Source: Squalus acanthias
Taxonomy: Eukaryota
Length of the DNA: 64,000 nt
Direction: 5' to 3'
Assembly (NCBI GenBank): GCA_030390025.1
Contig: JASTWF010000351.1
Span: 434,001-498,000 of the forward strand
This document shows positions 63,826-64,000 of this stretch, piece after piece. The notes beneath the pieces were generated by a model. The model made no database searches. It was not told the DNA's origin and was given only the letters and a program-made list of their open reading frames with translations. The first letter of the stretch is position 1. Each line of letters starts with the position of its first letter. The position numbers and the translations under genes are program-made.

Positions 63826-64000
63826 ACTTTTGTTTTAATCGCAAGCGCAGTGTTTGCGTCTCTTTCGTGTAGAATAAAAATATTTAGCTTTCTGAAAAAC
63901 GCGCTGCTCCTTGTGGAATCCCCAAATGGATTATTCCTTCAGGATTTGAAGTTGCCCAATTAAGAAACGGTGAGCCCATCAACCGTTCATTGGCTTTATA

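Overview
Vertebrate nuclear DNA, most likely a cartilaginous fish (inferred from the style of the CR1, Penelope and histone sequences; not verifiable here). It is a repeat-saturated, decaying replication-dependent histone cluster. It holds one intact H2A gene (10273-10662, -), one frameshifted H2B gene (11663-12027, -), and a multi-copy segmental cassette that the ORF track does not identify. The cassette carries an internally deleted H4 (N-terminal tail fused directly to the histone stem-loop) converging on a chimeric H2B C-terminal fragment with its own stem-loop. One copy (58317-58424) still has an ATG, an open 35-aa H4-tail frame, H4-like promoter remnants, a perfect stem-loop and an HDE. 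More than half of the window is CR1 LINE sequence from several subfamilies, often nested up to three deep, with one full-length copy. There is also a young 5'-truncated Penelope-like element (RT C-terminus plus GIY-YIG) and several short Penelope-derived inserts with minimal hammerhead ribozyme motifs. The rest is a degenerate ~41-bp satellite. All alignments were done by eye, so repeat boundaries are approximate to about 10-20 bp.
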